This document shows positions 51,351 through 64,000 of a stretch of 64,000 bases of DNA, one piece after another. The translations under genes were made by a program, and so were the position numbers. This stretch comes from Raillietiella orientalis (lineage: Eukaryota). Within the stretch, counting starts at the first letter, position 1; each line of letters starts with the position of its first letter. The DNA lies in the NCBI GenBank assembly GCA_036172245.1, contig JAYWIR010000041.1, positions 930,001 to 994,000 on the forward strand. The letters run 5' to 3'. The notes under the pieces were generated by a model. The model made no database searches and had not been told where the DNA came from. It saw nothing but the letters and a program-made list of their open reading frames with translations.

Positions 51351-54300
51351 ATAGGAATCGTCGTCTCTATTTTGTTTAGAACTTGGATAGCCACCCGGTT
51401 TCCCGAGTGTTCCGGATAAAAAGGTCGCTCTTCTTCCTAACGTGCTGCGCATTCCAAGAAATATTCCGAAAGGCATCTTTCCGCCTCGAAAGGAGAAATT
51501 TCTCAGACTCCTCTTCTTCCTCTACATCATGTAGCACTTGGACGCAGATTGTGAGGGTCTCTCTCATCAGGAGCGATTTCAGTACTGCTGCCCAACTGCA
51601 ACAACAGCCTTTCGGCGGTCAGCTCTTGCACTTCTGTGAGTTGGCTGACCTATGATGGATCCAACCATCTAAAAAAGGGCATGGATATCCTGGAATGCTC
51701 CGCGTAAGCATGGGAAGTGTTTACCCCTTGATCTGTCATTCACAACTGATTATCGTGCTTAAAAAAAAAATTCCTGAACTCTGAACGATGCAGTAAGAAG
51801 AAATTCCAAAAAGTTTCCGCCGTTTCCTTCATGTGCAGATGGTTATTCGTGCGTCTTTCATCCATGGACACAAGGGGGAAAATTGCTTCCCTGCATGCAT
51901 AGCAAGGGCATATAAGAACAGGGTTTCCTGTAAAGAAAACTGAAAGACATTCATCAAAAATTGCATGATAGAATGCTTGTAGAACAGGAACGGTAAGTTT
52001 AGAGCAGAAGTGCCATGTAAATGAGTTTTGCGAAAGAGTTGATAAAGTCAATTTTCCTCCTCAAGGAAGGAATTCGAAATGATAAAGGGAACTGGAACAT
52101 GGAGCGTGCAAGAACGGAGAACTGACTGATCTAATCTCTCCATCGTTTTTTTTGTGGTTTTCAACGGGTCCTCTGTGGGTTTTGTCTAAAAAGAATGGAT
52201 ATTTCAGGAATAGCATCCGATTTCATGAAAGAAAGCCAGCATGCTTACTTAAAACGAGGAAGACTCCATGGTCATTCCATGGTGCCGTATGGAATCCTTG
52301 AAGATGAGCTCCAGGGTTGCGGACACTGAATGCTTAACTTGGAATTTTATCACATATATAAAAGATCTAGATAATGAAGATTATAATTAGGGAGTATGTC
52401 AGCTTTGCTCAGCTCGGATTGAACGCTAATTTGATCTTATTTCGCTCGATGAAAATGTAATTTAAGATCGAAAACGTGATGGGTCGTAGAAAACCTATGA
52501 GGCAGCTGAATTCTGGTTCGTTCTTCAATAAATGCTCATTATTCGTAACGCGATTCATTTTTACTGATGATTACCAAATTGTGAAATGAGCAATAAGATC
52601 TGAGCTGGAAGTTTCTCGCAGGTAGTCGAAAAGCTTTTATCTACGAGTGTTGAAAAGTAAAGAATCGAAGAAAGAGATGCATCGGAAAAATTCCACATTC
52701 TAAAAACCGTGGACCTTCAGAGATGAAATGTCAAAGACAGATTCGTGGGACTGAATCTTTGGTTACTTACAGAAGGAATTGTGGGCGTTGCTAACAAGGC
52801 GACCAGTTTGAAAATCGTACGAAGAATGAAACGCTCATCACTCTTTCAGAGAGGATGGAGGCATCCATGACACGGCTATGTGTGTGGAAATTCTATGAAA
52901 CTCCAAGACTAATGAGCACTGAAGGTGATACATGCCGAATAAAACTATCGCTTGAAGAACGAAAGCGCAATTAGGTCATGCGGGGTCATTCATTCACTGC
53001 GAGGTTAGATTTCTCGGCAGTGATTTAATTCAGACAAGATTTTCGAAATGATATATAGCCATCTATATCTAGCCCTCGCACATGTGTGTGAAAAATCCAG
53101 TATGGCACATTTCAACAAGCCGACTTTAAAGTTTGCTTGGAATGCAGACTGCAAATAAGTGGGTTAGGTTAGGTGATTCAAGAATACTGAAGGGTGAAGA
53201 CGAAGCATCTTCTATCACTCGCATCTATCGAAGGAACCAAAAACAGGGAAGCTGCTTTCCTGCCGGAGCCGAATTTTGAAAACTGAACTCCTGTGGCTGC
53301 TGGATGATGCCACGCGTCCCAATTGAAGACATGGCGCTCGTGTTCTTCCAACGGAACAGTAATTCTTTCGAAGTGCCTCCATTTCCCCTCCAGGACCGGA
53401 TAGCTTCAAGGCAACACCTCGCACGACCACTGTCGAGCATTTGTAGAAAAGTAGAAAAAAATATCGGTGCCGGACTCTACCTTTCGGAGGAAGCAGGAAG
53501 CAGCAAGACTTTCGATGTGTGTATTCGACGAATTTACGTCGACGGTGGGTCCAGGCTCTCTTTGTCTCGCATCACCTTCTGGAAAGCTGCAGGACGAGGG
53601 TTCAGCACCACTCGACAAAATGAGACTTTGCAGATTGAGACTATGGCAGCATCCATTCACCGACCCGGGTTTGTGTTCATGCATGGCTTGGGGCTGAGGA
53701 GCAAAACGTTCAACTATTTTGGTTCAGTAGTTTGTCGGACACAATCATAGCGCTCCATTTTTCAAAGCTGAGGGATTAGCCGAAGCTCTTCTGCCTCCGT
53801 TCTGGAGTGTCAGAGTTTCGTGTACACGTACCACTCGAAAATAGAAACCAAGGAAATGACACAGTTTTCTCTAAGGACTTTCCTCCTAGCTGCTGCTGTT
53901 ACTTAAATGATCGAGCTGGCAAGCACATTTGTCATTTCCGTTTTGATAATTGGGATGCTGCGATTAGTTGGGCAGGAATGATCAAAATGATTGGAAAGTT
54001 TAGCTTTTCTTTTTTCTTTGGCTCTTGAAGGCTGATGAAGACACATGGAACTGACTCCTGGAACTCTCTGCTACCCATGTTCATTCCAAGTCTAATTAAC
54101 ATGCCAACTTTGCCCGTGTTACATCATCTAAAAAATGTTTCAGCTTTTGGAAAAGAGGGATTTCATCTTAAGCATCCAGTGACAAAAGAAAGCGTACAAA
54201 TTCCTGGTTTGACGTACGGTGTATCGTCGAAGTTTACTTCTCGCGGTTCGAATGGGTGCCTTTAAATTTCATGTTCGCCCATTGGAAGCACACAAATCCA

Positions 54301-57300
54301 TCCGCCATTTATCTTAATACCCAAATGTGATGGACTGTACAAAGATTATGTAAGCAGTAAGTTAATGAATGGCTCTCTTCACTCGGTAAGAGCATATTCG
54401 CCCCACATAAGTGGGATGGAGATAATCACAGGAGCAGCTCACTGTTCTGCGTTGTAATTAATTGATTTCTGGGGTGAAGTGGCTGCAAATTTTCTTGAAA
54501 TGCATCTCGACTGGGAGTAATTCGGGAAGAAACCTGTTGTATCCTGTCGCAGTTCTGGTTCACAATCCTGGCTTGTTTTTGCAAGGAAAATTTTTTGTTG
54601 GCGACCGTTGCCGACCTTAGAGGTCTTCTTGTTCGTAGGAATAAATCAAATAAATGCGGGGGGTAGGGCAACCCAATCTAATAGATGATTCACCTTCCAA
54701 AATTCAGATTCTTCAAGATACATCAAGTATGGAACGGACAATGTTTGGGAAATTTTGGAATTCGACAAACGATGGATGACAACGAAGATCGGAGAGTGCG
54801 TACAACGGTGCACACAGTAATGTTTTATGCGTACTGCTCAACTGTTTTTGCATTCCTGTTCGAAAAGAACACTAGTTCTCCAGAGATGGTTTCTTTGCCC
54901 CGAAATATTCTGGAATTCTCAGGAAAAAAAAATTTCTCCCTCACAAGGCCAAAAAAAATTAACAAGAAAATTATACGTGCCTTACTCTTTCTGGCAACAG
55001 TTGTATGGCCGCAAAATTTCCGTGTTCTGTGCACATTCGCTTCTGTTGGTACAACTGACCGCCGACTTGTATTTGCAGCGGAAGCCAAAACTGTATGCGC
55101 TGCATATGCTTGTTCTGAATTTCTCAAATGGAGGATAGCAGATCCTTGCTAATATGACACGTGTCGGGGGGGGGGGGGGAATCCTTAACGAGGGTCTTGG
55201 AGACTCTGCATGTCTTTCACGGGCGCATTTTCTAGGCACTGTGGCCGGCGAAATATCGGGAAGAACGCCTCATCGTGTGGAGCTTCGAAACACCGAGAAA
55301 CCTTCTTCGGCAACGAAGGTCCAAATCTGCACGACGTCTCCCTCAAGGACGCTTCTGGAAGCGCTGCACTGTGTGGAGTTCTCTTGCGGTAGGTAAGAAG
55401 TGACACTCAGAGCGAGGTTGGGTGGAAACCAAACCTCACCCCTGAGTTAGAAATTAAATCTGTGCCTCTGCAGTGAGAGATCCGGACTTTTCTTCTCATA
55501 AATTTTCTTCTCACGAGAACTTTCTCTGGAGTAGGTACGGAAATAAAAGAACTCTTACAAAACGCTCCTTCATTTGGGTGGAATCGTTGGTTGAATGGGT
55601 CCTGTTTCGTGTTTAGTGTTCGGGGCTGAATGTTTACTTTAGGTACCCGCCTGTGATTCCGCTCTATTCCTGAAGATCTAGAAAAAAATCATTTTCTCTG
55701 GGAATGCATTCCTGCTCTGGAGCTACAGCTTCCCTGTCAGAAATGATGAGACAGCTTTCGAATGAAAAAAAAATATGAATGTTGTGAATCCATAATCATT
55801 GACCTAAAAATAAATCCTAAGGGCTAATACTCCAATACCTCCACAAAAAAGTGCGTTTTTCACTCTTGTGGAACGATGACGCATTGAAAACATTCGACAC
55901 TTGGGGTCCAAGACCTAGCAAGGTCCAGTGGCTGTCACTGCAGCCGAGATCCAGAGGTAGGAAAGGAAATGATCTACAAGTTGCCCCGTGGAACCAACGG
56001 CGATCTGTCAAAGCAGGAAGCTTCCCGAAATTCGTTTTTCGTTTTTTGAAACTTAGGAAAAAGGCTACTTTGTAGAGTGTGAAGAAGAGATCCCGGTTCA
56101 GGACTCGTGCTGCTTATCGAGGTTTCCTGATAATTGGCCAATTCGATCGTCCTCCAATGTAGCCGAAAATCCACTGCGTGTTTTTCGCGTGCATCCATAA
56201 TAATATTCTTAATCTTGTGCGTGAATCTGATGGAATGCTTTCCTATACAGAAGGGACAGTCAATTAAGGAAATTAAAGCAAGGAAACCGTCAGAACGTAC
56301 GGCAGCGAAATTCCTTCAGAGAAACCGGTCCGGGTCTTCCCGAATATCTGCTGACTCGGCGATGGCAGAACGCTATCAATTAAGTTTGCAACCCTGGAGA
56401 TAATGCCGACCCATCTCGTTTTAATCTTGTTTCATCCACAGATTTATGGTCCATATTTGTTGCAGTTAGCAGGAGCGCCGATCCTGGAATTGTAAATTAT
56501 AATTCTTTCGCCTTGTAAATTCTTTGCTACTTACCAGTCTCGAACGCGGAAATTTCGGGATGATTTAGGCAGCCTCAGCAGCAGCAGCAGCACCTCCAAT
56601 CACGGAATGCTCCATTTTTGCGAGAGGCTCAAGTGCACAGGAAGAAGAAGAAGAAGGAAACAAAAAACAAAAAACAAAAGCAAAATCAGCTTCCGGCATT
56701 CCGAAGTGGTTTTAAGATCCGCATCAAATTGATGAATTGCCCGCACAGGAAGCGGAAGGCTAAGGGCTGGAGATTTTCCGAGTGAAGGATACAACTTTTC
56801 GTTTGTAATCCTCGAGCCAACTTTGCCGTGTGACGCTTGGCGCGATGGCTCAGAACATTATCGTTATCTGCTGTTTTAAGTAAGCGTCAGCTTGCACGGC
56901 CATCGATCTTTCTCCTTCCGGATGTGCCCATGGTTTTCCCGATCGCTTGTTCGGGAAACTTTCCTGAGCATCATCAGCATCGCAGAGAGATGCGCGCAGA
57001 AAGTTCGTATCTGTGAACATGCGGTCAAAGTTAACCCGAAGTTGAAACTCCCGCGATGAAATCCTTCTGCTTCGTCGCCACTCCCGGGAAGAGACTTCGG
57101 GAGAGCCCACGGCCTGCCGAAGATTTCTTTGCAATGATAATGAAAATTGCCGCCGGCTCAATCGAACAGCTTTTCACTTTTTATTTTTTAGGTCGTTTGT
57201 CGATCGCTACTTGTTAATCAGAGAGAAGGAGTGAGTCATTGGTCCACCTGCTGTGTGCAGAGGGAAGTGAACCTTCCGATCCGTACCTCAGTTGTGCTTT

Positions 57301-60300
57301 AGAAAATATGAAAATTCAGTGTGTATTCAGCGCTACGACTTCTGAAAATCCAGTAGGAAAGGTGGATGTCTTTCGCTCTTAAACTAACGGTTCACTCAGG
57401 AAGCAACCATCCGTTGCCAGGAAACAACCAGAAATGATCATCAGGATCTTTGACGTGGCGTGGTTATCACTCCAACCATCCTTTGTGGGTTCGCAAAGAT
57501 TCGAGGAGAGATTGAAATTACTTCCCGCAAAATCTAAGCGGGATGTGATGCGTGTCGACTCTGCTGCTGTTGATGGGAGGTCATCCATCCATCAATTCGT
57601 GCTAAAGTATCTCCTCTTCGAAGGTTTAAGTCTTCTCGTTTCCTACGATCTCTTCCCAGTTGCCGTGTTCTTATGCCACATCTACCTGCACAACCTTGAT
57701 GCTCACGAATTTAACTGATCTTATTCGATTTCGTTAGCTTGATTCCATTTGTGGACACTTTTTGTGCGTGTGTGTGTTTTGTTTCGGTTGCTGCAAATGC
57801 CAATCCCAAACACCCTTTAGAATTCCCTAATTCCAGCAGATTTGTTCTTCAACGAGAGACTTCTTTTCCAATTGGAGCTACTTGTGCCCGTGGTTTCCCC
57901 ATTCTTCAGAACAGGACGCGGATGCATATGTACACGAAACCGGGAGATTTGCCGGCCTTCATAGCAAATTTAAGGATCCTTCAGGGTGCCGTCTTGGATC
58001 TTCTAGTTGAACGGCATGGCAGAGGGGTTTGCCACGAATCATTTTATTTTGTTTATTCAGTGTGGCACTTCATCAAATTTGTTTCACAGATTAGGAATCC
58101 CTTTCTCAATCAGCAGACAGCGAGCGGTTTGCTGCTTCCGAGGGCCTTTCATGACGTGGCGGAAGGCGAATCAATCTTTCGCGATTTTTGTTGATAAATG
58201 TTTCCGTTTGTGAAGGAAGCTGCGAGGACAGAAGAATCAGGAGACGAGTTTGGAACCTAGAAGACTCTCCGACTCTTTGCTTATCCTTTGGCCCCGAAAG
58301 CCTGCTTAAGTTTTCAAAAACATGAACGCCTCAATAGAAAAATTCCCCATCCTCCTAGACCCATGACTAGTCACTGACCTTCAACTTCATCAAGCTATTC
58401 GGCGAACCGTTCCTGGGCAGAATCTGAAGGCAGCAGCCATCGGAAAGATAAGACCTGATTTATAGATCTTATCACTTGTTTCTAGACGATGATGTGCAAG
58501 GGGTTTCTGCAAATGGGCATGATCTTTTAGGAGCAGGGAGATGGCATTTCTTGGGTGCCATCTTCAGAAAATAACTCATCAATCGCCTCCCCGAGTCAAG
58601 GCAAATTTCAGAGCCTTTCCGATGAATGTCACGTCCTATCCGTCTGCAAAGTACTCTGGCACACATTCGTTTAGAAACCATCCGCACATGGGGAGGCTGT
58701 GTTGAAAGATGCACGCACTTCAGAAAGAACTCCGGGACACTCACAGGAGCGTTTCTTATCGCACTTTTCCCCGTGAAGAACACCACCATGCAGAAGCACA
58801 GTTTTCGATAAAATTCCCATTCGGAAAAACCGGTTTTTTTCTTCCCTAACGAACTCTTTGACCGATCAGAGTCTTCGCTGACAGTGTAACCGAGAAATTG
58901 GGAACTGATCACCTCCGGTGATGTGGGGAGACAACTTCTCACTTTTCCATTCTCATCTGTTCTCGTCGCATTCCATCCGAAACAAATAGGCAAATATGTG
59001 AAGGCAGCATAAATCCATGCATCAAAGAATGCGTCTCTTACACAAAATAGGCCAGGAGATTCTAGAAGAACGTCAACGTTGCTTATTATTCTAAGACAAG
59101 CACCTGATAAGCCAATAACAGCCTGCCCACAGCATCAGCACACACGGCCTGCGAGTCTCCGAGCTTATTCTTACGTTGTTCGAACAGCCCCCCTGAGTCG
59201 AGATATTTCTCCCCGCAACAGCAGTCATTATCTATGGCAACAGTGATAATGAGGGTTAATGAGAACCTTTTTGAAGTAATCCTGGAGGAGAAAAGATCAG
59301 GAAGCAGGACCAGTTCAAGGGATTCTTGCAAAGGAAGCAAAGAAACTGTTGGATCTCTCTATTTAGCTTTCTTTTAGTGTTCCTTTCCTGTATCACAAAT
59401 TACTCTTTTAGTGTCGTTGCCGCATCCAACCGTTTCGGATCTCTTCCTCCTTTGGAAGAACAATGAAAAGTTAGGAAAGAAATTACTTGTTACTGGTACA
59501 TTCATCCAGGAAAAGACAATTTTTTCTACTTCGTCTTGATTCTTCTAGAATCTCGGTCCTCCCACTCTGCATCCGGAAAAGGGAGCCCGAGATCCACTGA
59601 AGCAGGAAGCTCTGAGGGATGGAGGTTCCGTCAATTCGCGAGAACGGATTTTCTCGGAAGCCTTCGAAGTCACTCAGTTGCTACCACGCTTTTCACAGCT
59701 AATCCGGTATCGTATTTTTAAATATGTACAATTGCAAACTATGTGGGAAAAGGGTTGAGCCGGGAAGAATTTTCGTTCTCAACTCCCTCCTCTGTCTCCT
59801 GGGTGCGCTTTCGCTAGAAAGCATTACTGTAGGAGCTTAAATGCAAGAAAAATTGCCCCCCCCCCTCCCTTTTTTTTTCTACTTCAGTGGAGTGAACCGA
59901 AGAAAAAACACAATCCACCCTGTGGAACGGTTGTCTTCTCCACATCTTCACACGTCCACAGTTCAGCCCCGATTATTTTTATTCTTAACTTCAGAAGGGA
60001 AAAAAAAAAAAAAAAGGAAAGAATTTGAGAAGTGGTTCTTTCTGCACTATGACGGTTTCTATAGAAACATTGCTGGAGCGTTTCCAGTACACTCTTGCGG
60101 CTGTCTCGATGCCTGCAATGGATGCATCTGATCAAGGAATGCTGCCGTGAGTGGAAACCCCATGACAGCAGCAGACGAGGACAGCAAGAGTCTAAGACCT
60201 GTGGAAACAGTGGAAGGAAATGGCTTGTGAAAAAACAGGAGGTTCGAAAGGAGTGCCTGCTACCGTGTGACCAATGGTCTCAGGATCTCCGGGATCTTGG

Positions 60301-62229
60301 AATTCGAGTAGGAGGACGTGCTGAGGGTGTTCCCGAAGAGCAGGCGGGGCGCACCAGGAAAGAGATGTACCCGCATGCCCAGTGCTCCCGAGATGTGTTC
60401 TGGAAGCATCGGGTGGGTCGTAGTGAAAGAATCACCGAAAACAGCAGGAAGAGTTGAAAAGCAGAGACAGAAAAAGAGGATGATGGAATCCTTATCTCCA
60501 TCGTATCCCCTTTTCATATCATTCCCTTTCAATATTGAGTATTAACGTTATCTGAATTTTTAAAGAAACGGTATTCTTTTGGCACAGATTCTAAAATTGC
60601 GAGGTGGCCATGTAGAAAAATGGCGACAAAATCAGGGATTTTTTCTTCGGTTTTCATTTTACCTTGGGAAATCATGTATGTCGGATGTAAAGAGGATTGT
60701 CAGCGACTGGATCTAACCTGACACGTAGATTACTTCAGTGTGAAATCCGCGAACTACTACTGCGCTTCCCCCCCTTCCCCCAAGACACACACACACACAC
60801 CAGAATGCGCTCAGGGAAAGGGAGCTGGACTGGGAAGTTGGTATGAGGCTCCTCTATCTATTTAGCGATCGCTGAATCTCCATTTCAAGAAAGCAATAAA
60901 TCAGCTACAGTTAATGCTTGAATTCAGGATGAGCATTTTTCTTCCTTCAGAATCACGTGACAACGTTCTTCCCCATTGGCTGATTTTACATAAAAGCTTC
61001 TGCTACGGAAACCACGTTCACTTCCTGCCAATCGGTACCAAAAGGGTAAGAACTTCCCCACCTTTGCTTGGAGCTTCGGTTCTCACATAAAGCGCAAACA
61101 CTTCACCCTCGTCGCCAGCCAAAATCGGAACCCACAGAGCTCGCAGAACGGACAGAAATCGCGGTTAAGAGAAAGCTGTCTATTTTCTCGTGGGACGAGG
61201 AAGTGTTCCTCAGGAAGTTACGAGCACGTACATGAAACCCGCCACGTTCACTCGACTTGCACGCTGCGGTCCATTTTCGGGATGCTGCACGGGTGCGGGA
61301 GCTGGCAGTTGACGAACTGCAGGTCTTGCTGAACGTGCCCGTGAGCCACGGATTCAGCAAAGAGTTTCCGGTACACTGCAGTTCATTCAGTGCTCCAATG
61401 TAAACATCTCACACGGATGAAAGTGCATCCTCCCACGTTATACGAGGGCGTAGGTCCCGAATAGCGAAGAGGATGGGTTCCTCCTTATACGAACCCGCGT
61501 TATACTAGCCCTACGGGTTACGCATGGAGAATGCGACCGTATTTAGAAAAAAACCATCTTGAGCGTTATAGAAGAGGAATATTTACTATTCCACTTTGAA
61601 ACAAAATGGGAAAACAAGGGTTTATTTACGATTCAACTTGAAGTACAAAAACAAAAACAAACGGAATTGCTATCGGGGGGATTCAAAAAATCCGTTTCAA
61701 TTACGTCATGGCTGTCGTGCCTCCTGTGTGACGTCATAGCTCGAAAACGCTGCCGCTCTGGCTCGATCGCTCTCGTTGCCGAAAAAGGAATTTCGTTCTC
61801 GTTGCTCTCTTCCATCCACAAAAAAAAAATTGGATGAAAGAGAATTCATCCGGCTTCAATGCTGTGTTGTTTCCTCTTGTTATTTTCAAAAGAATTTGAG
61901 CAGACTCCATATCATGGAATGAAAAACCTCCAAAGCGTTCTACGAACCGCGTTATACGAGGACTGCCTCCATTTTTTCATAGCCTTATACGGGAGTCTAT
62001 TGTATATCTCATTTGGAAAAGTGCAAGCAATATGTAGAAAACCATACAAGGGATGGCTATCCACCATCTTCGTATCTTGCTGACTGAATAATGGGGCTGG
62101 AGGTCATGGTGAGATCAGATAGACGCCCTCATGAGATCATCCTCTGCTTTCTCCTTCAGCGACGTCATTCATCGGGTCCAAGAGCTTCTGTTCCTGGTTC
62201 TCCTCTTCTGTTCTTGCAGGTTATCAGCA

Positions 62230-62900
62230 CTATCCGGCTGACAATCTCAGAAGAAGTTCTGGTAGATATCGCGAATGTACCGTATACATAGAAGCAAACA
62301 TAAACTGCCTCACTTCGTCCTTCGCGAGGCACCCAATTCTTGAAACTGGTTTGGACCATTGGTTGGATCCCAAGTTCCAAGATCCTTGCGGATGGCATGT
62401 TACCTTGGCGGCTGCTCCTCTCCAGAAAAGCTGCGAGGCAACCTCTCGATGTTTTAGTTTCTTTGTAGGTCTTGGCAGTGCGAGAGACACCCTTCCCATT
62501 TTCGGATGGCAAGCAGAGCCGCATCTGGTGCCACCCACCGATTTGTCGTCCTCATGCGGCACTGCATCAGGTCGCAAAGAGGAATCCACGCCAGGGACAC
62601 ACTGATGGGCCGACGCGTTTCCATATTGCTGCTCCACAGCGGTACTCCTGGTTCCATCAGCCACCGCACCATGTCTGGCTGTATACAGACGATAGTGCCT
62701 CGTGCAGTGATTTGTATTATGGAGCAATGCCTCGTCCCACATACCACACTTTACATTACATAAACATGGAGTTCATTAGATCATCTGTATACACAGCACC
62801 AGTGCACCATCCCATGCATATAGTTTGTGTGCTTTGGTCCTATCCCTGCTCCCACGCAAAAGTCACGTGGCATGCACAGAATAGACCTACTAGTAGGCAA
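62230..62900 (-). mobile_element. NeSL/Utopia-like (RLE-clade) retrotransposon 3' fragment
   Basis: DEALLHNTNHCTRHYRLYTARHGAV...QCVPGVDSSLRPDAV, then LPSENG, then IRYIRDIYQ near the C-terminus. Related to 37500-37680. Confidence 0.68.
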
Positions 62901-64000
62901 GGCCTCACGGTCAGTAGGGACCCACTCTAATCCATTTGCCAGAATGGGATTCCAAGTGAGCATCAGCTCTCGTCGTCTGGCAGGAATTTCAGTAACTGAT
63001 CACGTGTTTTCTCTGCAATGGCAGTTTGCTTTTGACCGATTTAATGACCCGCGCAGTCTTTAGAAAATTCCAAGAGAAAGTGCCATTTTCGTTTCTTTTT
63101 CCGTTTTTTCGTTCCCATCGGCTTTTCCTTTGGTTATTACTGAATTCCTGCGGGTCAATGTGATCTGAGTGCTCGTCCACGGATGGTGGACATTTGTTTA
63201 TGCTCAGCTTCCCACACAACCTACAAGAAGGGTAGGAAACTGCCTGCGAGAGGTTAGAAGTGATCTCCAGCTGGAAGAAACCATCCGTTGGCCCTTTCCT
63301 GCCTTGAAGCCCTGAATTTCAATGCGTGAGGGAAAGAAATCTTGCAAAGTCTGTAAATGTGAAGCGTTTTATCAATAGTTCGACAGCTTCGAGGGTCTCG
63401 GACTCCTGGGTGTTGCCTGCTCCGATGTTCGAACCACGTAAGCAGGATTTCCATGCAAGAAACGGAAATTAGTCCCGCAGCGTTTCGGTCTTCCCAATAA
63501 AATTTGTACACAGATAATCGTCACGAGAATCCATTACGAAATTTTTGCAATTTCAGCCGTTTCCATGGCGCGTTTCTCCAATTCGCCGCAAGGATGATGG
63601 ATTTTGCGGCAATCTCGTTCGGCGGCTTCCTCTCGCGCTGACATAGACAGATGAACACTTTTTCCTCCTTTCGTTGCAAGAATTCCTCGGCGTGAAGTTT
63701 CGTGATGCACCCTTCTTTCCGGACAGCCACGGAATCCTTCCCAGGGTCTGCCTCCGGAACAGAGGGAGGTTTCTGAGCACATCTTCACGCTTGCTTGGGA
63801 TTCTGCATTGTTTGCCGAACATCTGGAGTAACAAATAACCCAGTATTCCTCATCTCCATTTCTCAAAGTCTCCTCCAGAGTGCAAGATGCCAGAGAGAGA
63901 AAAAGATAACCTGCCATACGAAAAACTCTCCCTGCTCATCCATCTGATTTACGAGTAGCATTCCTGTGTTATGCTCCAGGAATCACGATGCTGTCACTGT

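Noticed and set aside
57380..59400. LRR-Roc (ROCO) pseudogene suggested by TGKRS...LDFAG and NKFDEVP
   Set aside because: The motifs are too short, and another frame of the same bases reads equally well as an ankyrin-like fragment.
61432..61960. Repeated CGTTATACGAG-like motifs (~61435, ~61497, ~61948) as MITE ends
   Set aside because: Short, same orientation, and no paired TIR or TSD could be defined.
1..64000. Prokaryotic systems (CRISPR array, operon, defence island)
   Set aside because: Spliceosomal introns, microsatellites and LINE debris show eukaryotic DNA. No repeat-spacer array was seen, and the 40-bp subrepeats lack unique spacers.

Overview
This is eukaryotic (animal, probably arthropod-like; inferred from the UBA3 sequence and intron signals) genomic DNA, not a prokaryotic region. 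One intact gene is well supported: a 5-exon UBA3 (NEDD8-activating enzyme catalytic subunit, 432 aa) on the minus strand at 14467-16056. It has one U12-type (minor spliceosome) GT-AG intron and three very small introns of 37, 53 and 46 nt. The interval ~21.6-46.8 kb is a nested transposon graveyard. It holds a decayed but largely reconstructable L1/Tx1-like LINE and several 3' fragments of that family, five of which end in a shared AATAAA-hairpin-AAACCA terminus without poly(A). It also holds a NeSL/Utopia-like RLE fragment (a second lies at ~62.5 kb), a TTAA-flanked piggyBac-type MITE, an unidentified 4-copy repeat family with a terminal hairpin, and a 679-bp near-perfect inverted repeat with a 17-kb spacer. 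The flanks hold stop-riddled coding-like remnants weakly resembling IFI44-like GTPase, TIR/LRR, NACHT and SF1-helicase families. Family assignments come from motifs recognised by eye and from memory; no searches were run. I found no clear evidence of a complete novel system.
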